Below, piece by piece: positions 24,309 through 36,640 of a stretch of DNA of 64,000 nt. The stretch spans positions 2,790,001 through 2,854,000 of the forward strand of contig NEEC01000013.1 of the NCBI GenBank assembly GCA_002189035.1. The letters run 5' to 3'. The position numbers were made by a program, and so were the translations under genes. The stretch is from Utricularia gibba (lineage: Eukaryota; Plantae; Magnoliophyta). How positions within the stretch are numbered: position 1 is the first letter of the stretch; each line of letters opens with the position of its first letter. Below the pieces are notes generated by a model. That model saw only the letters and a program-made list of their open reading frames with translations, did no database searches and was not told the DNA's origin.

Positions 24309-25481
24309 CTACAAAAGTGAGTTCAGTTCCTGTGGGGCAGCTGTCATCATGCGCCAGCCAAGGGGTCTGGGAGAATCCGGAGAAGAATTGGGGCTAGTTG
24401 CAAAGAGACTGAGCTCCAAGAAGCTACCACCACAAGTTTCATCTCTCCGCATCGACCGGAACGAGATGGAACCCCGGACATCGGAAGACCCTCTACCTGG
24501 ACTGTCATCTTCGAAAGGTATTAGTGGAATGGAGTCATCATTCGGCTCATCTCTTGTCCTTCTAGCTTCTATATCCTCTGGTCTCTGCAGACTTGTTAAA
24601 GCTAGAGAATCTGCAGCAGGAAGGCAAACAAGAAGGCAGATCCCCACCACCATGCAACATAAAAGGGAAAAAAAGGCTAAAAACACAAGGGCATCAAATA
24701 CAAAACTTCCTGGCTTGGGTAACACAGACAAGCCGAGGAGAAGAACTCTAAATGGGAAAAGGCTACAGCTCGTAAGGATTAATGTATAAACTCTCCATAG
24801 AAGAACCCTGTTGATGACCCAGTGAAGTATCTGCTTACCGAGCCACAACAAGTAGCAAGTTAGGATGACAGCAAAAAGACCAAGTAGGATGGTGCCAAAG
24901 AGAGGGTAGGTGCAGGCAGCCAGGCCGTTCCCGGGATTGGAAGCAGCTGTTTCTATGAAATACGAAGGCAGATTTTGGGGATGCTGCCTAGACCTTGGTT
25001 CAATTAAGACGACAGCCAGCTGAAGGATTAGCATCGGGAGGCCGAAAAGAAGAATAAAGACTAGTGTTTTCCCAGTCCAGTTCTGGCTTAAAGGTGCAGA
25101 ATTCTGTAGTGATGCACGAAGGAGAAGAGCAAGGGTGAGAAAGAGGCATGGTTCCGTGAATCCCAGGTTCAGGACAATGTAGCAACTGCAAAGATTTTCC
25201 TGCCCCTCTGAACTGAGGGAACCAAATATTCTGCCACTGCGCCTCAACAGACTCAAGCGAATGATTTCACCAAGACCCCAACAGAGAGCAAAGCATACGT
25301 ATACAACTCTGATGATCCAAGGTCTGCCGAAGTAACTAAGATGAACAGAACCTGCAGTGCCGATCCTCCTGTGGAGGTAGACTGAATAGATGACACTACA
25401 CAGGCCTAGCAGGATCAGTATAGCTACAAGAACGATGGTCAACACACCAAGTGCATCAGCGACACTACTAGTCAGGAGCAT
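24309..25481 (-). CDS. Uncharacterised plant multi-pass membrane protein (about seven hydrophobic helices)
   Basis: Single-exon ORF, likely start MLLTSSVADALGV at 25481. Hydrophobic segments with motifs PWIIRV...WGLGEIIRLS, NLGFTEPCLFLTLALLL and CTYPLFGTI; Ser-rich tail with RGSISFRSM. Confidence 0.85.
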   Translation of the reverse strand: MLLTSSVADALGVLTIVLVAILILLGLCSVIYSVYLHRRIGTAGSVHLSYFGRPWIIRVVYVCFALCWGLGEIIRLSLLRRSGRIFGSLSSEGQENLCSCYIVLNLGFTEPCLFLTLALLLRASLQNSAPLSQNWTGKTLVFILLFGLPMLILQLAVVLIEPRSRQHPQNLPSYFIETAASNPGNGLAACTYPLFGTILLGLFAVILTCYLLWLGKQILHWVINRVLLWRVYTLILTSCSLFPFRVLLLGLSVLPKPGSFVFDALVFLAFFSLLCCMVVGICLLVCLPAADSLALTSLQRPEDIEARRTRDEPNDDSIPLIPFEDDSPGRGSSDVRGSISFRSMRRDETCGGSFLELSLFATSPNSSPDSPRPLGWRMMTAAPQELNSLL

Positions 25482-26572
25482 TACCCAAAGCACACAATCC
25501 ACGCATGCTCTCCACCAGCATGGATACAATAAGTTTCACTGTGAAGTCAAGGGAAACAAGCTGGGGACTTGGGTGTGCCACAAGCTTGTACTAGAACTTT
25601 ATGGCATCGCCACCTGGAAAACCCTTCACAGAATGAACAGCCACAGAAAGCACATGTTAGCCGTACTTCATTACAGCAGAATGCAATCAAAATCAGCTAG
25701 ATTATGCACCAATGTGCCATTCACAGCACTCCCACGCATCCTTTCGTGTATTATATGTATTTACAAGCCAGAGTGGAAAAGCTAAGAAGCAAACTCCGAT
25801 TCGTCAAGAACCTCATTTTTTTATGACTCTCGTAACCCTAGCACGCGATATAGCCAATAAGAAGCCTCTAAGATTCACATCAGGCATTAAGTCTCCAGCC
25901 TCTGACTTATCGCCGGAAACCCTCCCCACGAACCAGAAATTAAGCTAAAAAATACTCAACCCGGTAGCCTCGCAGCTCAAGAAATATTCACTGAACGAGC
26001 ACAACAAGGTTCAACACCAACAAACAAGGATGTTCAGAAAGTAAGTGGAGCTCACGATACGAGAATCTGCGATCCAGGCGACGAAGAGACCAGGAGGATC
26101 GGATCTGAATCTGAGCACTGGAAGCCCAAACCCTAGCAACGCGGAGAGGAGCGAGCAAATCGGAGAGTGCGTGCGGGAGAGGCGGAGGAATCGGGAGATC
26201 TTCACTAGCCGGGAGGGGAGGGGGAGGCGGAGGAGTCTATTCTTGTACTAGAAAGAGAGAGAAAAGACGACAGTGAGGACCTCGTTGCTGACAGGCTGTC
26301 GCCAGCTAATAATACCACCAATTTCTCGCAGAAATAATAAAGTATTAATAACAAGCTAGGCTGATGCTACCCTTTTAGCATAGCTGAAGCTGAGTGGGTT
26401 TGTTGCTGTCTTGTAACTCTACTTCAACCTCAACACTCCAACCCGGATCCAACCAAAATGCACGCCATCATGCCCACATGGTGTCTATCTTGACCCGTTA
26501 CCCGACCCCAAACCCGATATTACCCATTTAAATCTTTTTTCTTTTAAAGGGCGGTTTGAAAACTGAAATCCC

Positions 26573-27774
26573 ATGGGGAGGAGGCCCGACGATGGGTATG
26601 ATTCCTAGTTCAGAGTCGTTTTGATCGGTGATTCCAGCGTCGGAATGTCCGATTTGCTGTCTCGATACGAGTTCTGCATGGAATCCAAGTCCACTATCGG
26701 CGTGGAATTCGCGGCAGGTCCGATTTCCCTGCCTTTTTCCTCGTAGATTTCTACTTTTTCGGCTGTTCGGTACTTGGTTGTTACTCTTGCTAGGATTCGC
26801 TTTGCAAGTATTTCTAGTTTCGGAATCTATGCATTGCGCATTGAGATGTGAATTTGGATGAGATTTTCTTTTATTCGGAGATTGGGTGTAAAACGAGTAA
26901 AGCGTGGCTCTGAAAACGATTGGATTACTTTTAGTTACTCAATCCTTGCTTTGATGAAGTTCAGTTGCCGAAATCGAAGATGGAATCACCGATCTCAAAC
27001 GTGAAAGAGATCATTTGGAAACTCATTGAGATATCTTACTGGAATGGATTCAGACTCAATAAACTTGATACAATCTTCCTCAAAAGTTAGAAACACAGCT
27101 TGAGAATTTTTACTCTGTTGTGTTTGTGCATTTTATGCGGTAGAGCAATCGTGGTACTGTAGCGAATATGGAAGTCTCAAAATATTCATATGCATGCATG
27201 CCCATCTTCAGTTGTTGTGGATCCAACTGCAAAACTGGCGCCGTTTGATATTTCATGGCGGGATTGAATGTGCTATCCATATTTACTTATGAAATCGTAG
27301 TTCATGTCTGGTCTTTTCCTCTTCATAGGTTAAAGGGCGTACTGTGAAATCTCAGATTCGGGACACCGCTGGCCAAGAGAGAGATATAGAGCCATAACAA
27401 GTGCATATTACCAGGGAGCTCTTGGAGCTCTTCTCGTGCATGATGTTATTAAGCCAACTATTTTCGAGAACGGGATCATGCTGACTCGAACATCATCATC
27501 ATGCTCATTGGAAATGAAACTGATCTCAAGCTTCTGAGAGCTGTGAACACTGAAGATGCACAAGGCTTCGCCGAGAAGGAAGGTCTTTCGTTCATTGAAA
27601 CCTCGGCCCTGGAAGCCACCAATGTGGAGAACCATCCTCTCGGAAATGCATCAAATCATCAGCAAGAAGGGCCTTCCATCAAGTCAGGCAGCGCCAACCA
27701 ACATCGAAGAAGGCAGAACTCTGTTCCATGAAGGCATCATGCTGTTCTGCATCTTAAGGGTTTGTATCCTTTAA
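26573..27774 (+). pseudogene. RabA2 (Rab11-type) small GTPase pseudogene, intron retained
   Basis: [46 protein letters not shown]. In-frame TAG at 26606; P-loop GxxxxGKS degraded to GDSSVGMS; WDTAGQE changed to RDTAGQE; extra GA frameshift at about 27377-27384; deletion of the VSRWLKELR segment; NKxD changed to NETD. Confidence 0.9.
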
Positions 27775-28113
27775 TCTCCAAATTTCCCTCATATCGTTGC
27801 GCCTTCTTTGATCCTTCAGTTTCCTGCTATTTGAATCGTGTTCTGCTTCCTGGGAGTTGCAACTGCCATTACAGTTTTTGTTGCATGTCGATGCAATGAG
27901 TTCATAGGCTTCGCTTGAAGTTCTTAGTCATTACAGTTTTTTTTTTTTTATTTTACTTAATTGTTTTATGAAATTATGGAATTTGAAAACTTATTATTAA
28001 TATACTCGACACTCAGCCATGATGCCGCCTTCCCGAAGTGTATCTATCAAACCCTTGGGTCTTCAGATCTGAGAGGCGGCGGGATGAATCTCTCATGTCG
28101 ATAGAGACTGGCG

Positions 28114-30222
28114 ATGCGCAGCGAGCACTCGAGCATGTTGATGCAGAAGTGTTCCCGACAGCCGGACAATCGGGAGACGGAATCAACTGGACGCCCGCCG
28201 AAACTGGCCAGATTTGGATCCGAAGCCGAAGAGGAAGAAAACGAGGAACGGAAAGAGTGTTCGCCGTTCAATATGAACCCGAACGTATTCACGAGATATC
28301 TGGTTGCCGTTGAATATATCGGGACTCGATTTGCCGGCGCACAGAAACAGCCCTCCGCTCGAACCGTGGTTGGCGTTCTCGAGGTTTTACTTCTTTCGAT
28401 ACGCTTTTATTTCTATTTAGGGAATGTGAGGGCTTAGTTTGATCCGAAAGCTTGCGATCTTTGTGATGTTTCATTTTGTACTCCCAGGAGGCGTTCCAGA
28501 AGTTTATCGGGCAACCGGTTTCCATTTTTTGCTCTAGTCGAACCGTGAGTTTTTAATCGTTGTTGCTTCTGTGTTTCTGGTGGTTTGTGTGATCTTTTCT
28601 TTGTTTGATTCCTATGTTTCCTTCCAGGATGCTGGCGTTCATGCGCTTTGCAATGTATGCCATGTAGACGTAGTAAGGATAAGCAAAAGAAAACCAGGAG
28701 AAGTGGTTAGTCATCTTGTCAAACCCTACCGAGGGATATTTCTCTCTTTTTTCTATTTCGGTTAATTGGTTAATGACTTTTTTTTTGTATCTAGTTACCG
28801 CCTCATGATTCTTCAGTAGTCAAAAGAGCTGTTAATCACTTTCTACAGGTATGATACGTCCCGTAGTTTATTTTTACTTGCTTTGATTCACCTCATGATT
28901 CTCCAGGAGTCAAAGGTGTAGTGTTTGGTATCTAATGTTTGCTCTATAGCTCTTTTTTGTAAATTGTTTGAATCATATGATAATACTTAACCAATCATTT
29001 CAAAATTTCTGGTGTGCTTGTACTCTGATTACACTGATCAAAGTTATTTTTCTTCGTTTTTTTGGGGCCAGAAAAATGAAGGGGACATAGTGGTAATTGA
29101 TGTTAGATGTGTTCCAAATGATTATCATGCCCGATATAAAGCTCTGGAGCGCAGGTAGGTATCCGCAAGCAGCTCTCACGAAATCTTGTTTGCAAAATGG
29201 CAATTTTGGATGGAGCACATACATCTTAAACATCTTAATGAAAATGTGTTTTGTGTTTTCTATCTCTGTTCTTTGAGACGAGGTATTACCATACTTATCG
29301 TGCCGTGTAGGTACTTCTACAGACTGATCTCAGGTGGGGAGTCCTTGTCATTATTTGACAAGGATAGGGCATGGCACGTGCCTCAGGAACTCGATCTTTC
29401 AGCCATGGAGGTGAATTGTCGAACCATTTATTCATTCTGCATGTTTATTGATTGGTATTCTTCCCATGATTTTTGGAAGATCTTTTGCTACTTCGCTATA
29501 CAGAAAGCATGCCAAGTACTTGCAGGGCATCACGATTTTAGTTCATTCCGTTCTGCTGGCTGTCAGGTTTGTACAACCCAATCCGTTTCACCATAACATG
29601 TGCTTTGTCAATTAATATTCTGCATCGTATTCGTTGACAGGCGAAGTCACCCATCAGAACGTTAGATGAATTATCCGTCACTGAGATTGCTTCATGTCCA
29701 TTTACTTCAAATTGTGCAGAAAGTGCTAACAGCAACACATTTACACCGCCTGATTTTTCTGGCTCCACAGAGATTCCCTCTGGGATGGCCAACAAGCCTC
29801 CCGAAGAATGTAATCATGTCTTTGGCTCTCGGAGAAGGCAACGCAGTTTCATGATTACTGCGCGAGCACGCTCTTTCCTTTACCACCAGGTTTCTAAACT
29901 TCATTCTGCTCAGAGCTGCCGGGTGGTCACTTCCAGGCCTAAATGTGTGCCATGCGTTTTTTCTTACTCAGGTCAGACTGCTAGTTGGAGTCCTGAAGGC
30001 AGTGGGAGCTGGTGACCTCACAGTCTCAGATGGTATTGACAAAAAATGAATTATGTGATGATCGATCTTTCAACTAGTTGTCATTTATGTGACATGATGC
30101 GCCATTTGCATTCAGTCCAAAGAATCCTGGAGGCGAAGAACGTCGCCGCGGCAAGCCCCATGGCCCCTGCCTGCGGTCTCTATCTCGCTCATGTAAAGTA
30201 CGATCTGACTCCCGGTAAGTAA
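28114..30222 (+). CDS. tRNA pseudouridine synthase A (TruA) family, multi-exon
   Basis: RYLVAVEYIGTRFAGAQKQ, SSRT|DAGVHA, HARYKALER, GHHDFSSFRSAGCQ|AKSPIRTLD, ARSFLYHQ|VRLLVG and MAPACGLYL; stop TAA 30220-30222. The start could be 28114 or 28273. Confidence 0.93.
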
Positions 30223-31389
30223 TCTTATTGGAGGATTAGAAAACGCATGATTTCTTCCGTCACCGGTCATTCGTTAGACGTCTTGTTTCGTATTAGATTG
30301 GTGTGGTTCGTTTGGCTGGTGGCATGAATGTCATTAGATGACTTACATTATTTGAGTACGCATTATTTGGATTAGAAGAATAAAATGTTTGTTTTGTATT
30401 TATACTAGATTTCATAAGATATTCTTTGATTCTAAGTATTGATATTTTTTTAATATTAAATAGTGTGTAATTTATAAAACACATAAAGAGTGGTTCACGG
30501 AGTTAAAATAAAAGTAGATTTAATTTATTTAGATTTTAGTAAATATTATTTCATTTTATGTATAGTATTTTGGTAGAAAATGATATTTATTATAATCGTA
30601 TTTATCTGTCATTTTATTTATATTTCTGTATAATGAAAACCGAAAATTTATTTGATGAATAAATTTTGATATGTATTTTGGCTATTATTATTTTATGAGG
30701 ATTCTTTAATTTCATCGACAAATATTTATATGAAAACTAATTACCTTATTTGATCAATAAAAAAATTAATTATTCTACATTAATTTTATCTCAATCTAAT
30801 CAAATTAAATGAGTTTCGAAATATCTAATTTAAAATATTTTATGTATTAAAAAATATCTAATTATGTGCACGTTGGTGTTTATACAATTAAATCCGTATA
30901 CTAAGCATCCTGTGACATTTAAGCATAAATAAATATTCTTCGATGAAATTAAATGAAATACCATTCACCTGAAGTTATTTAAAATTTATAATTCATATGA
31001 TAAAATTTATTAATACGATCAATCAAATTCATGTAAATATTAAAATCTTTAAATATCACCAATAAAAAATAATTTAAGAGATTGACTTTGATTTGAAACT
31101 TATAAACATTTAACCGCGAATAAAAGAAGGTATAAACATATAAATACGCCTTCAACCAAACAAGCCATTAGTTAAATGCATGCCTATGAAATTGCAATCA
31201 TTCCTAAGGCCTATCATTGCATGTATGTTATAAGCCCCGAAGCCGTTTGAACTCATTGAAAACAAAGAAGGCGAGCGGAAGCACGTAGTTAGAAATTTAA
31301 TGAAGGCACGATATCAAGGATGGGAGGAATACCTTCGGATTATCATCCCCTACATTATCCCCGCAAAGTAGGCTGCTGCCATCGGACTC

Positions 31390-32544
31390 ACCACTGAATA
31401 AATTATCGGAATAACCCGCCAACATAAAGGGTTCTTGTGCTCCAAAGAAGGCATTTCTCCAACCTTGCTAATTACCTTCAGCGCCACAGGATCGTTGACT
31501 CTGCAAGCACCATGATCAAATGGAAAACCCTTACGATTCCTATGTAAGACTGATCAGCAGGAAAGCTCATTTGGCACACTGAATTTCGGGATGTGAAAAA
31601 TTCCATGTTGGAGTAACTCACCTTCAACAGGCATTTCATGCCTGTAACGGCACTCTGATCCTCCAGTAAATTGACCTCGAATGTAGAAACTGCAAATTTG
31701 CGCTTGATTTCCCTTGTACTAAGGTGTTGTTCTCTGGAACTTCAAGATAGTGTCATTTGGGCGAACCTCCCGATATGAGGATTCATAATCTACTCCAGCT
31801 CTCGTCTGCACATAAATGCATTTAGTAAATACTAATGCATATAAAAAAACATCATTAAATCAAAACGATGCATTTGAAACCTGAAACCCAACACTGAAGA
31901 GAAACAAGTCTGAGCTCGATAACACAAAACAACATTGAACTGTGTGTGAAAACAAAATAAGGATTCAAAATTCGAAACTGAAAATTACCGGCGATCATGC
32001 TCCGCTGCAAAGTACTCCCGATTTACATCACACTTTGGAATAGCGTCATTCGAATCAATACTCAGTGCAGTGTCCCGAACATGAACAGGAACCTATATCC
32101 GAGATCCAAAAGGCAAACATGACAAACGTTCTTTAGCTGAAAGTTTGACATATCTCCGTTTTCTTATATTTTGCATCACGACCAGGCCTCCATCTGACAC
32201 TCGTTATCAGAATTAGCTTTTATCTGCGGAACAAAAAATCAATAACCACGTTACAAGCTATAACGTTAAAACTCTTAGATACTTACTACTAAAATTTCCA
32301 GTGCTGAGGAAACTTGAATGACTCTGGGGGAAGGGGAAGATCCATAGTGCAACCTTACCGATCGGTTATAGGATCAGCATAACTGCGAGCACAAAGCGCG
32401 TAAGAACCCTAGATCTGGAAAAGTTGCATAACATTCGAACATAAGGAATATCACCGAGAGAAGATTCGCAGATTCGCAAATTTTTGGGAAGTCCGACCGT
32501 TCCGAACCGTCGGCTTCAGCGTTTCTCAGCAGTCTATGAGCCAT
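31390..32544 (-). pseudogene. RBM22/SLT11-type CCCH zinc-finger pre-mRNA splicing factor pseudogene, introns retained
   Basis: Starts MAHRLLRNAEADGSERSDFPKICES at 32544, then an 8-nt tandem duplication (AGATTCGC x2, 32462-32477) and a lost GT donor. Later blocks are RWRPGRDAKYKKTEICQT, LKNVCHVCLLDL, DVNREYFA, AGVDYESS..RPNDTILKFQRTTP* (stop at 31719-31721), a degraded CCCH finger and TLYVGGL. None of this appears in the ORF track. Confidence 0.92.
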
Positions 32545-33068
32545 CGCGCTCTATATGGCCTCCTCCTCTCCTTCAAGTCATCGACAGAACAGGAAACCAT
32601 CAAACTTCAAAGTACAAAATAAACGAACGAACACGGCGAACGCAAAAGCAAAAGGCGGATGGAAGATCGCGAACGCAAAAGGCGTCTTTACCTTACCTTA
32701 CAATCGTTGGTCCTCCATTATGATTCCCGCCAATGGAACACCGCGAACGCAGAAGGCGAAGCTGCCGATTTCAAGGCGGAGGGCGGAGAATTCGAGAAGA
32801 GGACAAAACCCCAAAGGCCAAAGCTGACAGTGAATGGGCGGGAATCAACTAAACATTTTACAAATATATATTTACAGATAAACTAAAGATATTATAAAAT
32901 AAAATTATTAAACTGACAAGCGGATCGAGTTAATCAACGCATTTCCTCCTCAATCGCCGCTGATTCAGCCATGATTAGTTTTTGAGAGAAAAAGGCATTT
33001 TATTGGCATGCGACAGGAGAAAGGAATGGAAACCCACGCTCTCCACTCTCCAGTTTACAGTTACCAAC

Positions 33069-33536
33069 ATGGAAGTCTACGGCGATGCTTTCAAGAAACC
33101 AGGGACCGTACCGTTCAATTGGGAGATCCGTCCTGGAATCCCCAAACTCGGAAAGGATCAAGAAGAATCTCGGATCGTGAATCAGGCGAGAATCAGCAAA
33201 AAGCTAGCTCCTCCTCCACCGCCGCCAACGCCTCTGAAGTCTCCACCGTGTGCGCTTTTCGGATCATCGGGGGCCATCGTCCTTGCTCCGCCGGTGGTCA
33301 TGTCTTCCGCTAGGTGTTCCCCATCCCGCGCGGGGAAGATTATAAAGCTTCTGAAGCAGAGAATGGGGAAAACGACGTCCCCACGCGTTGAGGACGTGGA
33401 TTGCGGCTTCTGGATGGATATCGGAATCCCAATACAGCGGTGGTCGGTCTCCAGTGAGGAGCAGCCTGCTTCTCCGACGTCCTCTTCGTTTGGTTGTTAC
33501 ACAAGTGAAGCAGAGTGGATCATCGGGCTGTTCTAG
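33069..33536 (+). CDS. Small Pro-rich protein with PFxWExxPGxPK motif (DUF688-like)
   Basis: MEVYGDAFKKPGTVPFNWEIRPGIPK...LAPPPPPP; single exon, 155 aa from ATG 33069. Confidence 0.75.
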   Translation: MEVYGDAFKKPGTVPFNWEIRPGIPKLGKDQEESRIVNQARISKKLAPPPPPPTPLKSPPCALFGSSGAIVLAPPVVMSSARCSPSRAGKIIKLLKQRMGKTTSPRVEDVDCGFWMDIGIPIQRWSVSSEEQPASPTSSSFGCYTSEAEWIIGLF

Positions 33537-33752
33537 AGCTTTTGTGCCTGTCCACTGTAAAATAAAAATCACTCAACAAAAAAACAAGTGATTTTATTGA
33601 GATTTTTTTAAAATTTTCAAATAAAAAAATAGTAATAAAACCGCTTCTCAATCCCAGTAAGTAGTCGGATTCGGGGCGGCTTACCACACACGGACGAAAA
33701 CGACCGGGAAGAAAACCGTCATTCCCTCGTGCACCGGAATCCAATTTGTGAG

Positions 33753-34725
33753 ATGTCTATGGCGGCGAACTATCCGCCGTATATCCAGTGTTGTCCGCAG
33801 CGCCAAGTTTCCGATGCGTCTTGCTCTCCAGTCGCTGCTGTACTATTTCGTCGCCCTAAGGCGCCCGCTGTAGGTTTTCTTTCCTCATCTTCAATTGGTT
33901 GCCCCCTCCCGAAAACAGTCTTTAACCTCGATTCGCTAAGTCCTTGATCGGATCGTGATTAAGCTTTGTAGCCTTCTCAGGCATCCAGCTTCAGGAAGCT
34001 CGGTCACCAGCGTCGTCGCATTTCACGGTGTCCGAGTTTCGGTTTCACCGGTTTTAGGCGACCAGGTCCCCATTTGCATACTTCTTCCCACATATTGGCA
34101 AATTGGAGACTGGATTACTAACTCCAATTTCTTCGTACTTTTTCATGCTTGATCAGTCATACAAGCTGTTGCAACGCCTGAATCAGCTGTGGAATTGCCC
34201 CTGACAGCTGAAAACATCGAAACTGTGTTGGATGAAGTTCGCCCTTACCTTATTGCAGATGGAGGCAACGTTGCTCTACATGAGATTGATGGGAATGTTG
34301 TGAGACTAAAACTGCAGGGAGCATGTGGTTCCTGTCCAAGTTCTGTGATGACAATGAAAATGGGGATTGAGCGACGGTTAATGGAGAAGATACCTAGCAT
34401 TTTTGCTGTTGAATCCGTTCCAGATGAGGAGACAGGGCTTGAACTGAACGAGGAGAACATCGAAAAGGTAATTCTTCTGTCTTTGGGGAGCTCATACATC
34501 AGATGCATCAAGTGCTTGGTTGATACCTTTCAGGTACTTGAAGAGATCAGGCCATACCTTGTCGGGGCTGCTGGTGGTGAACTAGAGCTTGTGGGTATTG
34601 AAGAGCCAATAGTTAAGGTGAGAATTACAGGCCCTGCTGCTGGTGTGATGACTGTTAGAGTTGCTGTAACTCAGAAACTTAGAGAAAAAGTCCCAGCAAT
34701 TGCTGCAGTCCAGTTGTTGTCTTAG
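33753..34725 (+). CDS. NFU2: Plastid NifU-like Fe-S cluster transfer protein NFU2
   Basis: Transit-peptide exons, then [65 protein letters not shown] and a second NifU domain VLEEIRPYL...[15 protein letters not shown]. Confidence 0.93.
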
Positions 34726-34930
34726 ATGCTGCTTCTTGGCCTGTGTTTATAATGTCTGTGAAAACTGAGATCATATCTCCATACAAAAAATTGCACAACC
34801 AACAAGATGAATGTTGCAGCTTCCCTGATCATAATAACGATTCCTGATCCAATACACATGACAAAAGAGAACTTAGCTAATCTCAGAGTTGATGATACAA
34901 AAAGGAGTCATAATAACAATTCCTGAAAAG

Positions 34931-36182
34931 TCAATGCCATCTCAGAGTCACCTTATCTAGGACATAAGTCAAGGGTGAAATCAGAACCCCACTAATCTGC
35001 AGCACATAGGAAAGATGAGTTAGGTTGGTAGAAATGGCTAAAGGATTTAGTGCCACTAATCTCCTTGAGATTGTTCTCCTTCAGTGTGGTTCCACTACTC
35101 ACAAGATCTACGATAGGATCAGGTGTCCCCATCTGCACGAAAAAGGAGAAACAGCGAGAGTGGAAAATGAAATAGATGTCATAGAATGTTTTGCCACAGA
35201 TATAGAATAAGGAAGCTGAAGATTTACTGCAGGAGCTGCTTCAAGGGTTCCGTCAGCCGTTGAAAATGTGACATACTTTAGCCCATTATCCTTCATGAAC
35301 TTCGAAGCCAGCTGCAGGTACAGGTACAATAATTTGCACCAAGCAAGATCATAAACTGAGTGATACTTGCAAAACCACAGTTATATTAATGAAAACACAA
35401 TCATACGTATGTGTAGCTCGTAGCTACTGTCAGAGGTCTCTCAGGCATCCACTGGGGAGCCTCCACCAGTTCTTCCAAAGAGTTTATGTTCTCAAAGATG
35501 CCATAATTTGGAACCGGATAACACAAAAGGCATTATGGATGCACAGCATGAAGCTTCAAACTCCTTACAAACAGTGACAACCGGCATCCCCAAACTGAAG
35601 AGCATCATGGACGATAATAAGATCCTCATTCCCGTGAAAATATGACAGGGAGAAAAGTAAGAGGGAAACCTAAAACTCAATCCATTAAAGGGTACCAAGT
35701 TAGCAATGGTCTGCATAATACATTTCATCTCTGATGCCTTAGTGAATGATGAGCAGCATTGTTTCATGACTAACAAAGGAAGATCATAACGTACGACTCT
35801 GTACAGGAAATCTTTTGCCACTCACAGAGGAATCTCCGCAAAATACTGACGCGCATTCACCTGCTTCACCGCAAATTGACATTCCTTGACAACACCGATA
35901 CGAAGGAGATGAACGACACGTAGCCGAACAACAATTTGCACAATGAGCCAAGATTTCCACCTTGAGAAGATCGAGAGTATCGGTAGCCACGGGGGCCTTG
36001 CTCGGCAGCCCGAAACGCACTTTAGTTCTTTCGTGAGGCTTCTTATTATCGACACTCCGACGACGAAGACATCCGGCGCGGCAGAGGCGCGATAAGGAAC
36101 GGCGAACGTGAATGAGCGGCGGACGAGGGTGAGCAACACGAGGCCGCAGGAACTCAGGGACAGGTCTCCAGGTTAGCGACAT
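34931..36182 (-). pseudogene. HISN1: ATP phosphoribosyltransferase (HISN1/HisG) pseudogene, introns retained
   Basis: Ordered relic exons: VRFGLPSKAPVATDTLDLLK; ECQFAVKQVNARQYFAEIP; GNEDLIIVHDALQFGD; VPNYGIFENINSLEEL..ERPLTVATSYTY; LASKFMKDNGLKYVTFSTADGTLEAAPA; MGTPDPIVDLVSSGTTLKENNLKEI; SGVLISPLTYVLD. The EVWFQRPKDI exon and most of the C-terminal domain are absent, and two acceptors are mutated (AC at 35635-35634, CG at 35516-35515). Confidence 0.92.
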
Positions 36183-36323
36183 TGTTGATTGCCAAATTCG
36201 CAAGGCGCCACAATCTCTTTGTCACTATAAAGGCCTACTGCTCTTCAAGATTGCCACAGAGGCGCGTATTTTCCACGCTCCACTTGTAAAGTATTATTTT
36301 ATTAGGAAGTATAATTGAATAAA

Positions 36324-36417
36324 TGGGCCTCAGCCCAATCCAGGTGATTAATATTCTGGGCCGTGTTCTGGCCATGGATTTCACCTAGGGCAGCCGCATT
36401 TGGGCATACTAGGGTTT
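36324..36417 (+). promoter_or_regulatory. Site II motifs plus telo-box, RPS12 promoter
   Basis: TGGGCC 36324-36329, AGCCCA 36332-36337 and TAGGGTTT 36410-36417, the classic plant ribosomal-protein promoter combination. Confidence 0.7.
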
Positions 36418-36640
36418 CCGTATTCTGTATAAATCAATCTCATCGTCTGTGTTAGTTGTGCATCCTGATTCTCATTCGCCCCTCGTCGCAGGTTTCTCGT
36501 TGTTTGATGTCTGATGCATTGAGATAATGCAAAATCCTTGTTTTTTATGGGAGTAACTGTTAACGATTAATGTGTTCTAAATTCGTGCCTTTTATGCTGA
36601 TCAGGTCAGGAGCTTGCAGCGTTAGTGTCCAGAAAAAAAG

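Noticed and set aside
30300-31150. Very AT-rich spacer as a possible MITE
   Set aside because: No terminal inverted repeats or target-site duplication could be identified.
32484-32886. Plus-strand ORFs with GCGAACGCA repeats
   Set aside because: They overlap, antisense, the start and upstream region of the RBM22 pseudogene; the translations show no protein features.
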